DNA of 64,000 nucleotides from Tubulanus polymorphus. Its lineage: Eukaryota > Animalia > Nemertea. The position numbers and the translations under genes are program-made. The notes under the pieces are model-generated. The model did not search any database. It saw nothing but the letters and a program-made list of their open reading frames with translations, and was not told where the DNA came from. The stretch lies in the NCBI RefSeq assembly GCF_964204645.1, contig NC_134031.1:14557807-14621806 (forward strand). Reading direction: 5' to 3'. Below are positions 27,801 to 41,200 of this stretch, piece by piece. The first letter of the stretch is position 1. Each line of letters begins with the position of its first letter.

Positions 27801-30800
27801 ACTGGGAGCACAGGGGTAGGGTAGGAATGCGGCACTAGGGTCACAGGGGTAGGGAGCGCGGTATAGGGTCACAGGGGTATGGTAGGAGCGCGGTACTGGG
27901 AGCACAGGGGTATGGTAGGAGCGCAGTACTGGGAGCACAGGGGTATGGTAGGAGCGCAGTACTGGGAGCACAGGGGTAGGGTAGGAATGCGGTACTAGGG
28001 TCACAGGGGTAGGGAGCGCGGTATAGGGTCACAGGGGTATGGTAGGAGCGCGGTACTGGGGTCACAGGGGTATGGTAGGATCGCGGTACTGGGAGCACAG
28101 GGGTAGGGTAGGAATGCCGTACTGGGGTCACAGGGGTATGGTAGGAGCGCGGTACTGGGAGCACAGGGGTAGGGTAGGAATGCGGTACTGGGGTCACAGG
28201 AGTATGGTAGGAGCGTGGTACTGGGGTCACAGGGGTATGGTAGGAATGCGGTACTAGGGTCACAGGGGTAGGGAGCGCGGTATAGGGTCACAGGGGTATG
28301 GTAGGAGCGCGGTACTGGGGTCACAGGGGTATGGTAGGAGCGCGGTACTGGGGTCACAGGGGTATGGTAGGAGCGCGGTACTGGGGTCACAGGGGTATGG
28401 TAGGAATGCGGTACTGGGGTCACAGGAGTAGGGTAGGAATGCAGTACTGGGGTCACAGGGGTATGGTAGGAATGCGGTACTGTCTAACGATTAAGAGACA
28501 TGACAGTGAAATTACGCGCACTCACCGGGGATCGAACCCGGGTCTTGTACGTAGAAAGCAAGCATGCTAGCCAGTAGACCAATAGAACTAGTCCACTTGA
28601 CCAGTGGTTATACAGCTTGTCCAATATGCGTATAAACTGGGGTCACAGGGGTATGGTAGGAGCGCGGTACTGGGGTCACAGGGGTATGGTAGGAGCGCGG
28701 TACTGGGGTCACAGGGGTAGGGTAGGAATGCGGTACTGGTTACCTGTTAAAACAACACAGATACATTAATTACTGCATGCCCAGTTGGGTTGGAAACATA
28801 ACTGTGTGCCCAGTAGGTACTGCATTAATGTGTAGAGCATTTCGGTTTAGATCGGGCACGATACTGGGTGTCCAGGGGCCGGCATGGTACTCGGTGTCCA
28901 GTTAACCTTGATGTTCTGGACCATAGGGATTGGGCATGGTGCTGAGGGCCAGGGAAGGGCACATTACTCCTGGGCAATAACTGCATGCCCAAGGGTTAGG
29001 CCTTATACCTTTCGCTAATGCTGAATTAATTTACCCTTGCAGCGATAAAACAAAAAGACATAATGAGATATATATAGAAATTTGGAATCTGCATTAATAA
29101 TTGAAAATTCTAACAACGTTGTAAACCTAAACAATGGTTTTTCACCCCATAATAAACTTATATCTAAATTCCTCTGTAAACTGGTTAAACTCAACACTTG
29201 ATTCCCCTTTGATTATTTGTTATTTGTTCTCTCATCTATTTTTGTCTCTCAACTTGTATTCACCATTGTTTTAATTTAAGTGCCCCCTAGTTTGTCTTTT
29301 TACTACTGATTTCAAGTTCTAATTTATATTTATACTCACTTATTGTTGTTTATAATTACCCCTTAGTTTGCTTCCCTTCGATCTATTTTAGCGTGTAACT
29401 GTTTCTACGTTAATTTTCCTTTAGTTTGTATCATCTCTGATTACTTCAATTAGTCTCTTTGTCTCTGGATTGTATATATATATCTCATTATTTTTTGTAG
29501 TATCTCATTATTCCTGAAGATGACTATTAGGATATAGTCGAAACGTTGAAATAAACTACTATCTCGAAGTTTCATTTTCGGACTTTTTCGTTATAATTGT
29601 GGGATTCTCTCTACATCGCGTCAACACGGATATAGTGTTCTATCAATCGTGATCATAAACCTTGATTTTCCTTGATATATCTTGTATCATTACTTGCTAT
29701 ATGCTAAGATGAAAGTAATGGACATCTTAATCAATTTGGCTACTGATATTCGATATGAAAATAATGACTGACATTATTTCTTCTAAGTATATGATACACC
29801 ATTAGACACATATCACAGTGGATTCTAAACTTGTGGTAATAAACAGTTCCAGTTTGTGAGCTCAGAATGAGGGGTTTAATTAAAGATGATAAATAAACGG
29901 AATGAGATGAAAAGATAAAAACCCACTATGTACAAATTAGAAGAATTTTAAGATAAATTCTCGATTTTAGAATTATTTTAATTTGTACATATAAGTAGGT
30001 TTTTATCTTATTATCCATTCACCAAGTTTGAGTGTGGTTATTGTGGTTATTGTACTAGAATGAGATGAAGATTAGCTAATCCGTTTAGATAAACATATTG
30101 ATAACTTCGGCATACTGGAATGACACTCCTCACTCTCCCCCACGCAGATTCCTGTTGGGATTTCTAGATGTGAATTCCGGGAAGACTCATTCTTTCAATT
30201 CTAGGAATTGTTTATCTCGTAAGACGAGAGATTCCCATGAGAGTTTTACGAAGCAGATGTAAAGAGAATGAATGACTCAACTCTAATAGAACTCTCATGT
30301 CCTACAACTCAGGATCAAACCTGGAAGAATTATACAACCGCAGGTGCTGAGAAATTTGCTAAATCTAAAAAAGTTCTTTCAACGAATTTCCTGAAACCTT
30401 GAACTTTAGTTTATCGGGGAGGGGGTATTCTAGGTCCAGGGCCCAGTTTCATGAAATAGTTTAAACTTTAGACGGGACTAAGTTTAGATTTTTTGTAGTT
30501 ATCGAAAAGATGAAGTATATAATAAGGCCCTGTATTCCTTGGGCCCAAACACTAGGCATTGTGTTCCTCGGTCCAAACACTAGGCCCTGTGTTCCTTGCC
30601 AAAACACTAGGCTCTGTATTTTTTGGTCCAAAAACACTGAGCCCTATTTCTCAGACCAAACACTCGGTCCAAATGCTCCGTGTTCTTTGGCCCAAACATT
30701 GGGCTCTGTGTCCCTCTGCCCAAACATTGGGCAGTGTCCCTCTGCCCAAACATTGGGCTCTGTGTCCCTCAGCCCAAACACTGGGCTCTGTGTCCCTCGG

Positions 30801-33800
30801 CCCAAACACTGGGCTATATGTTCCTCGGCCCAAACCCTGGGCTCTATGTTCCTCAGCCAAAACACTGGGCTCTATGTTCCTCAGCCCAAACACTGGGCTC
30901 TATATGTTCCTCAGCCCAAACACTGGCCTATTTGTTCCTCGGCCATAACACTGGGCTCTATGCTCCTCAGCCCAAACACTGGGCTCTATGTTCCTCAGCC
31001 CAAACACTGGGTGGGCCCTGTATTCCTCGGCTTTTGTTGCTTTTATTTCTTACGTAATAAATACTCTCAGTCAGGCTGTAGCGAGTTATATAAGAATAGA
31101 ATCGATGATGTGGTTTCGTAACCTGGTATTCGGAATCTGTTTGACATGTTTCACTGTGCGGAAGATTGATGAAACCACTTTCTACGCGATGAGAGGAGAC
31201 TTTCATATACAAAAACACAATCAATGACGACGAACGTTGATGAAGTTTTCTTTTTTAAACTTCCACGAATTTTATCATCGACACGTGAAGCGCCGCAAAA
31301 AAAGCTTTTAATGAAATTCTTTCGACACACAATGCGCAGATCTTCAAAACGCTGCTGCTATTTTTTTGTTGTCTTTGCTAATGATTCATCAAAATAGGCA
31401 AAAAACTTTCTTTTCTTCTTTCATTTTAAAAAGAACAATTTCCTTTTTAGAAAAACGATAATCAACACATTTTTCGACGACAGTTTCTAATTGAAACACG
31501 CAGAAGCTGCGAGATTTTCACTCATTCATCAAAAAATGTCTAAACAATCATTGAGCATTCTATATATGTATAGGTCTATGTATAAAAAAATTATGCTTAT
31601 TGAGCCTTTCTATCTACACAATTATTAACATTTCATCCCCCTACCCCCTAGGCCCCTCCCCCAGACTGCTGACTAGCTGATATCTCCTAACTGTATTCAG
31701 TTTTTACCAATGAAATGATTATAATCTGAAATCAAAAATAGTCATATAATTGAAAATGGACTAGAAATTGAAACCGATTTTGAGAGTATTTTGATATTTT
31801 TCGAAAGAGTTGCAGTGTTGCCCATACGCGCGGCGTGGATTCAGACGTAGGCACATGCTGCCGCCAGGAATATCTCGTGCTTTTTTCCATTTTTTCATGC
31901 CCAAAGTAGAAACGGGCCTTTTTTTACATGACGAGGTAGATGATTTTAAACAAAAAGCATTTCAAATTCTTCAAGATTTTGTCTTTATTACCTGGAAATT
32001 ACATCTCAATGCAGTTAATATGCTAGAAAACACTCTTCTTCAGGACTTTAATTGCTTGGAAATTCAGCAAAAAGCAGATTTTCAAAATTTCAGAATGCCC
32101 TTTTTATGAGTTGTGCTACCCTCGACAGTGGTCCCTGGATCCGCCCCTGATATGACAGGTTTCGTGGGGCGGTCACCCATTCCATTTTTACATCCTCTCC
32201 TTTGACAATCAGCCAACCCATATAAAACACCTGCTGCCCCTACCAGAGTGGATGTCAATATTCCATCAATGCTGATAACTGCTTTGAAATATATTGAGCT
32301 CATGTGAAAAATAAAAGATTACACCGATATTAATCTTAAATTTTCAGTATTTTCTGGGAAATTTAAACAAATGTAGCAGCCCCTTCGAAATTCCAGCATA
32401 TGGAGAGAACACAAGTTGAGTGCGAACTATTCTCAAATAGGCCTATAGTAGTTCACCGATTTTCCACCCTATATCTTGATATATTCCTTACAAGCACTTT
32501 CTGTATAATTCAGTCAATTTTTTTTAACGCCTAGCCCTCTTCCCCCACCCACTCTACTACACACTTTATAGATTATATCTAAGATTGAACGTTAAACATT
32601 TTTCCGATGTTTTGTCTTTTGTCGAGAAACTTTCTCGTGAAAACATTTTCGAGAAATTGTTACGCCGTACAGAAATGCCTCTCTCGTTCCGTTTCAATGT
32701 AGTTCTACGACGACTCGAACATCCCCCCTCCCCCCTGGAAAAAAAATCAAACGGCTATTTTTTCATGTAGGAAACATGTACAATGCACTAAAAGTCCGCT
32801 TAGAAATTAGTAGCCCTCGATGCAACAGACACATAAAATATCTGCTGCTTTTCTAAGAATTACATTGTTCAAGTTTTATGACCCGTTTCACGCTGAATGG
32901 ATGATGGAGTTGTAACTAATCGCAGGAAATTCCAAACACGATACAAACGCCAATTCGACAATTCGAGATATTTTTACGTCGTTATTGACGCGATTTTTCA
33001 AAATGAGGAGCCTGGAAGAATGACTCACCGACTACATGTTCTAGATGCCTAATTCCATTAACCCTGAATTCCAATGTTCAAACTGTGGAACTGTTTCCAA
33101 TGATTTCGAATGAACCAATTTCATTCCCAAGTCGTAAATTGTGTGTGTGTGTAAATTGAGAAATGTGGAACTTGGGCTTGTTCTAAACTCCACTGTGGAG
33201 TAGAGTCCCGTTCTTAATTCCACTGAGTCCCATTCTAAACTCTACTGTGGAATATTCCTGTTCAAAATTCCACTGTCGATTAGTCATGTTCTTAATTCCA
33301 CTGTGGAATGGTCGTGTTCTTAATTCCATTGTGTCACTGGGTTTAAATACTTGGAAACCAAGGGAATGAAGTAATGCAGATTGTTGTTAATTAAATTAAG
33401 AGCGCAAAGATATCATTGATTTTTTTGCTCAATCACCTAAAGATCTTGCAGTTTTTGCAAGAAAAAATTGCATTTGTTTACTGAATAATTGCTCAAATTA
33501 GTATTTTCTATCGCTTTGTAATTGAATTGATATCTCTATGCATGCATAGTCTTAATTAGTTACTACGTTATTTCTGTTTGTTCATTTAAACAAGTATAAT
33601 GTGTTATTGAATTTGTAATTTTTTCATATCGTGTTATTGAATCTGTAAATTTTGTGTCGTCCCTCTAATACCTGTAACGGGTTTGAGCATAAAATAAAAT
33701 GAATAAATAAATAAATAAATTGATTACCTGGCTCTGTTTTTTCTGTATGAGAGTGAGAACTTGTTCGGTCAGGTAAAAATCCTTCGACCTCGCGTCGGTG

Positions 33801-36800
33801 AACACGTAGACAAACGAGTTGGGCAGCGATACCTGCAGGGCCAGCCGGATCGCGCCGACGCTCATCTCCGGGCAATCTCCACCGCCCTGCACGTACAGGT
33901 TGCGCAGCTCCTCTTGAAATTCATCCGGATCCGTCGTCACGGTGACCGGACCAATTTCTACAACATACGAAAACGATAAGAGAAATTTATGAAATTAAAA
34001 ATCTATTACGTGTATCAGGGGTGGTGTGCAGGTGTTTGAAAAAGGGGGTGTACAATGGATTGAAGGGTCACCACTTAAACACATATATCTTTGCAAGTTA
34101 ACCCTTCCAGTGCGTCAACACCGCAGTGCGGTGTGCAAATCGGTGATGGATTTTGCTGGTACACCGCATTGTATTGATGATATCAGTAATTAGTAATTAT
34201 CTCTTGAAAAATGGCAGCACGTGTCAAACATAGTGAAATACTAGTAACTAACGGTACACCGCGCCGCAGTATAGACGCACTATAGTGGTATTCCCGTTAT
34301 TCAACACACTAGGGTGGAATCTTTTAAAATTATCTCCAGCACTATAGGGTATTAATTAGTCAGCACTGAAAGGGTTAAACTGATTTTAAGCTAATAGATT
34401 AATTTAGAGAGGCACTTTCTTCGTTGAAATCGGGAAGGAAATGGGCGATAGGTTGAAAACCTTTTACGATTTCTTTTTTTTTGGGAGAAGATTCCAGGGT
34501 CCTTTGGCTGAAAAAAGGGCCCCCTGGATCCGCCACTGTACATATTCTTTTTAAGACGATTGAATAATTTTTGGCAGTTTTTTTTTCTGGTGATTGAGTT
34601 CGTCTAGATGTTCTATAGATGTTGATGAAGGGTTTATGACTAGTGGCACCAGACTTCTGTCCGCCTGTTTGTCTGTCTTTCCGATTGTTACTTTGGCAAA
34701 ATACAAAGGGATGAATCTTTTTTATCGAGCGAAACTAAACACTTTCAAGCGGATGGCGGTTTCGTAAATGCACCACACGTACATCGCGGTTTTCATTTCG
34801 AGTATAACAAACATACACGAATCAATTCATCTCAAGATCCAGTTATACATAGGGCCTTTTTTTTAATAGCTTGGTTTACGGGAACCGCCTCCCGAAATTT
34901 GGAGAAAACTCAAATGAAATTTTTTAAATTTTTAATCCCATCTGTGGATCAAATTCAGTGAAAAATGAGCAAAAGAAAACCCTCCAACGAATGTGAATCC
35001 TGGCTTGAATGATGAAAAATTTGAAAAACGCGAGGTTCTTTTTTGATCACAGTGTGTGCAGAATTCGAACTTTCCAAGAATCATTTGTTTGGACATATGT
35101 ATATTGCCCTATCGACAGTTCCCTCTTCCATCAAAAAGTGATGAAAGCTCACTATTTACAAATTTAAAAGAAAATTTTATTATTCAAAAATTGAAAATTA
35201 ATCAAAGAGGACATGTAATCTCTCTGTACATACTAACGAACTAGTGGCACCAGACTTCAGTCCGCCGGCCTGTTTGTCTATAGTGTCTGTCACAGTGATT
35301 GAAGTAGACGGCACTGAATATAGGAGCAGCAAGAGCAGTAGGACTAATATCTATTTCAATTTGACTTAAGCGCACATTTGTTAAACTTTCAAATCATGGA
35401 GTCGCTTTTCTTTATTTAACCCCTTTCCATGAAGACTTTTGGATATCCTTCAGTATAGTTTAAACGGAATAAAAATCTATGTTTTTGTTCAACTGCCAGT
35501 CCTTTCTGGTCTTAATAAGACCGGGTATGCACCATCAAAACTGACCGAGCTAGGCCACCTGATGTGGTCTCAAGTCAAGTTGAAAAAGACATTAGGAGAA
35601 AACAAGCATTAGATATTTCACAGTGTCTATCAAAATGAACCCTGTTTTAGTGAGAGGCCTATCCGAGCAAGTCATCAATTAAACCCCCTATATACGTGAA
35701 TTCATGAAATCAGTTTTACAGACTTTTGCGAAAATTTCAGCTGAAAGATTAGAGGAAAAAGTCATAGGAAATTACATGAATATGAAAACAGCATGGAGAG
35801 AGAGGAGAGAAACAGGAGACAGGGGGGATGGGATGGAGAAAGGAGGGGAGAGAAAGAAAGAGGAGACAGGGAGGGGGATGGGATGGAGAGAGGAGGTGAG
35901 TGAATGAAGGAGAAAGGGAGGGGATGGAGAGAGGAGAGGAGAGAAAGAAAGAGGAGACAGGGAGGGGATGGAGAGAGGAGGGGAGAGAAAGAGGAGACAG
36001 GGAGGGGATGGAGAGAGGAGGGGAGAGAAAGAAAGAGGAGACAGGGAGGGGATGGAGAGAGGAGGGGAGAGAAAGAGGAGACAGGGAGGGGATGGAGAGA
36101 GGAGGGGAGAGAAAGAGGAGACAGGGAGGGGGATGGGATGGTGAGAGTAGAGGGAGGAGAGATGAGGGGGAGAGAAGAGAGGGAATAGAGTGGGAGTGGA
36201 ACGAAAGAGAGAGGATAGGAGAGATGAGAGGGAGTAAAATGAGAGGAGAGAGGTAAAGATGTGGAGACGAGATGAACGGAGAGAGGAGAGAGGTGAGAGG
36301 AGAGGAGTTGAGAGATGATTGATGGTATTCTCGAGTTTCTCCGACTCTTTATTTTTTATTTTCCTGTTGAAAGAATGGAATGTATCCGCGGTAAAACTAT
36401 AGTAAATAAAATCCGTCTCAAATAACTACAACTGAGCCGCAACCTGCAATCGACACATCGCGCACAACACGTAACTAAATAAACAGAAAACTATCTCATC
36501 ACTGAAAACAGAAAACCTTCTCCAATTCTTCGATAGAAGAAGGTCCTTTTTTATTTTAACAGAGAACCGTTGAAAACGAGCGCGGCTAAAAACTAGTGAT
36601 AAATCAAATCAAAAGTCGAAATGAAGATGAAAGGTGTTTGTAGAGTTTTATGAGCTTCCGAGTTACGAGTGAGCCATTAACAGAAACTACTGATATATAA
36701 TGTATTTAAAAAAAAACGACAAACCGAACGTTTGCTGAAAATTATCAGTTGTCCCTGATTTAAAAAGCAGCGTAGTAAATTTTGTCAAACTTGGAATGCA

Positions 36801-38186
36801 CTTAATTTTTTAAACGATGACTGAAGCTCACGATACACTATATAATAATACTACATTACGAGGTGATTAGAGGAAAAATTGGCCTAATTGTAATCAAGGG
36901 TCTGATTAGAAACTGTTGTTAATAGTCGGAGAACAATGGATGGGTAACCGCTGTTGAAAACCAAGGGTGGATCTCCTAGGGGGGGGACACAATATGTAGA
37001 ATCTTCGGATCATTAGAAGCACCTATAGGGTGCAAAATACAAAATTTTGAAATTTTAGAGGCGATTTCTGGGCATTAAAACTAAATTTTGATTGCATATT
37101 TTTATGATTTATTTCAAGTTCTCTTATCATTTTTTCAAATAGGCGAAAAAGAAATTTTCGGAAATGTTTCCTTGAGTTTACAGTTTATTCCATGTTATCC
37201 TAATAGTTATCTTTAGATAGGGGTCATTCATTTATTACGTACGCATTAGGGGAGGGGGGAGGGGTCAGTGCAATTACATACTGTAATGCTTAATGTATAC
37301 GAAAAAAATGGCGGATTATTTTGCGTGTAGAGGGGGAGGGGGGTTGAAAAATTCTAATTTAATGCGTACGTAATAAATGAATGATCCCATAATGGGGTAT
37401 TGTTAATGACTAGTCAATCATTTCAATCATTTCAAGTACAACAAACATTCACGAATTAATTCATCTTTAGGTATCTCAGGATCCAGTTATACATAGTTTA
37501 TACGATAAAAGCTCACTAATTACAAATTGAAAAAAAAATTTATCACTCAAAAATTGAAAACTAATAAAAGAGTACATGAAGTCTCTCTGTACATAGAGTT
37601 AAATAATGACCTAAAAATCAGTTCATTCCAAGACTCCGAGCCAAACATTCATTCGCAGTTGCCCAGTTACGTAACTGGGTTCCTGAAGTTTCAAACCTGG
37701 GTCTCAATATATCCAAAATAAAAACCATTTCTTTTTAAACATCAATTTCCGATCGGCACTAATTATATAAATTGCTCGCGTGCATATCTGTTCTCCGAAA
37801 TATTCTGGGAGGTAAAAATGTTCTGAATTCTTAAATCTTTATTTCTGAGTTTAAAAATAGCGAGAAGAAAAATTGCCGACTCTGACAGGTTTGATGTTGT
37901 AATTTCATGGTCGATTTCATCGCGAATAACTTACTTTATAACCACCCTCCCTCACCCTCCCTCACCAAACCCTTCACTTTCCTAAACCTTTCACTATTAC
38001 TTGACAAACTTTAGAAACAGATGTTGTTTTCAATAAAGATTTCTGTCTTATGACTTAATTAATGAAGTTTAGCCTTCGGTTTTTTCACGCAACTCCAGCG
38101 CATAATTAGCAGGTTCGAATGAGTGACTACTATCACCAGGATTCAGACCCATATCCCCTGGATTGATAAGAGAACAGTGAAAGACT

Positions 38187-38261
<75 letters not shown>

Positions 38262-41200
38262 TGCATCAGGATTCGAACCCATGAACCCTGAATTTATGAG
38301 GGACCAGTGAAAAACTGACTGACTGACTGACTGCTACCACCAGGATTCAAATACATGAACCCTGGATTGATGAGAGACCAGTGGAAGACAGGCCGACTGA
38401 CTGCCACCAGGAATCAAACCCATGAACCCCGGACTGATGAGAGACCAGCGAAAAACTGACTGACTGACTTCAAACCCACCAGGATTCAAAACACATAAAC
38501 AGGCTTAGCTCTGAAAGCCTATTATATCAATAAATTCAATAAGTTCGACAAACTTTTAGCTTTCTTTACTTTAAAAATGTTGTCCCGACGCCTCGCTGTA
38601 CCGAAATTAAGTTCAATGAGACAAGAGAATTTTTCTACAACTCCATTAAAAAATACAAAAAGACTTTCAGAAAAACACCAGAATTCTTCGAAACGGAAAA
38701 CAATTTTCATCGGGGAAGAGACAGATTTGTACTGACACAGACTGCGTCTAAATCACTGCGAAAAAAACAAACCCCCAAACTCAACTTTATCTATTCATCC
38801 TTCACTACGTAAGAATAAATGAATTTTCCTAGAAACGTAGAATTCGGAACATGTGTCAGAGAGAACAGCCCTACTAACCCTGACCCCCTCAGACACGAGT
38901 TCAAAAATAGGCTTTGAGACTAAGGGCAGGTTCTACAGACTGGTTTCATCCGAACAATCAATTTTTCATAATTTCGACTCATTATGTCGTCGAAATTCGA
39001 CTTATTATGTCGAGTTTTCTTTTTATATCAAATTTCAGGTAAAAAAAGGCGAATTTCGTGTTATTTTAATGTCAACTTATTATGTCGAAATTCTACATAG
39101 AAATAACTCGAATTTCTACATAAAAATAACTCAAATTTCTACATGAAAATAAGTCGAATTTCAACATAATTAACTCTAAATTCGACACAAGTCGAATTTT
39201 GACATGATTAACTCAATTCGACATGAAAAGAAAACTCGAAATTCGATATAATACGTCGGGATTTCGAGTTTTCTTTTCATGTAAAATTTCGACTTGCCTC
39301 GATTTTTGAGTTAATTATGTTGAATTTCGTGTTATTTTTATGTCGACTTATTATGTCGAAATTCGACCTAAAAATAACTCGAAATTCGACATAAAAGTAA
39401 CTTGAATTTCGACATAATTAACTATTATGTCAAAATTTTACTTTTTATGTCGAAATTCTGCTTATGTCAAAATTCGACATAAGTCGAAATTGTGGAAAAA
39501 TTATCTCGTATGTCACCAAGGGGCTTCCGTAGGTTCTAGACTGAACTCGGTTAAAAATCTCGTATCATATTTTCCGTTAAAAAGATCGTTCAATTTCTCC
39601 GTATAAAATTGCCCGAGTGAACATTTACCGCGATGGACCCGAGATAGAAAAACCCTTTGAAGAGAGAACGAGACAACCAGACACCTCACAAAGCTGACTG
39701 ATCAACGAAGCTTAACTTCCAATCTGTGTCGATCAAAAAGGCACAGCTCTATGCTCCAGTGATTTAGGATATGTCCATCCAAGGTCCCATCTTAAAATTC
39801 TGGTCGACCAACGCATCAAATGATATTTTCTACGCCGATATCTTCAAGGGCGAATTATGCGTTCGATCGAGGGAAGAAAAAATTTATGATTCGTTTCCTT
39901 TTTTACCAAGCAGGAAATAAAGCGCGCGGTTTCTATTTCAACAGGAATCGAAGCATTTCCTGATAAAAACGATTAGATAAATGACTGTTACGTGAGTGAT
40001 TATATATATATATAGATGATCAATGTCGCTCTAGGTCTCGTCGGTTCCATCATCATCGGCATTTCCGTCAATTGACGGGGAGAGGAAACGTCGACCTAAT
40101 TAACGACTTTGAAGTGTTTTATTTGATAGATTTGCACCGACATATTTCAGCTACTACTGACCCAGTCGTTAACTTGCACGAAGTCACTACTCTACTTCTT
40201 AGTACAATCAACTCTCTCTTGAATGTGTACGTTGTGGTTGAAACCAATACATCTTTAATCAAGGTGGATAATCCTCAGTGGATAATCCTCTACTGGTGGA
40301 TAATCCTCAACTGGTGGATATCATTGATATCATCCAGGTGCGGATTCAGACTTAATTTTTGTAATCAGGGACTCATAATTCGGGCTGAAAACCGAGATTA
40401 CCTCATCGAGCCCCATTACAAAATACGTAACCAGAATTATTATGTATTTAAATGATTTTGTACGGAAATAAATGATCTTTATCTGTTTATAGGTTATTGA
40501 CACTTATTGATTGGGAGAAACTGGCAAAATTCTCAATTGTTTTTCTCACAAATTATCAGGTCAAGTTGCACAGCTTAGATTTAAGTCCAAAGTTGCCAAA
40601 ATTCTTAAAACCAGTCTTAAGTTGTTAGATAGGCTAAAGAACCAAACCAAAATGCGCTTAAAACCAAATGGAGCTAAAACTGGTCTTAAGTTGTTAGATT
40701 GATTATAGAACCAAAATGAGCTCAGACTGCTCTCAAGTTGTTAGATTGACTATAGAACCAAAACGAGCTTAGACTGGTCAAGATGAGACCCGTCTTAAGC
40801 TGTTAGATTGGTTATTCAATCAAAATCAGCTTAGACTGGTCTTAAGTTGCTAAGATTGGCTATAGAACCAAAATGAGTTTCTATAGACTGGTCTTCATCC
40901 ATGTAGCTGACCTTAGAAGATTAGATCATAATCAAACAAACAAGATTAGGTAATGCCATAGGGGCCTATATAAAAGTATTCAAATCAATAACTTCATAAT
41001 TTCTTATGTCAAATGTTCACAATCAATTCATATTTTCATGCCCAGTAAAATAATGATTTGTTTCCGACGAAATAGAGAGCAATGATTCAGCGATCTGTTA
41101 GTTGAACTGAGTGAACTCCTGATCAGTAAAAACTATACTAGGGTTCCCGGGTTCCGCTGATCTCTAAGAGTACTAGACCTAGACCAGTGTAAAGTTGCAC

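Noticed and set aside
27738-28570. Overlapping Pro/Tyr/His- and Gly-rich ORFs
   Set aside because: Translations of the 30-bp minisatellite in several frames; no splice or homology support.
28517-28590. Functional tRNA gene
   Set aside because: A and B boxes present but acceptor and anticodon stems do not pair well.
30510-31121. 203-aa ORF and overlapping ORFs
   Set aside because: Products of the 28-bp minisatellite.
35704-36256. Glu/Arg/Gly-rich ORFs
   Set aside because: A polypurine tract lacks stop codons by composition.
38434-38456. CTGATGA...GAAA as a hammerhead
   Set aside because: Only one possible stem II pair, no cleavage triplet or stem I, and neighbouring units lack the motif.
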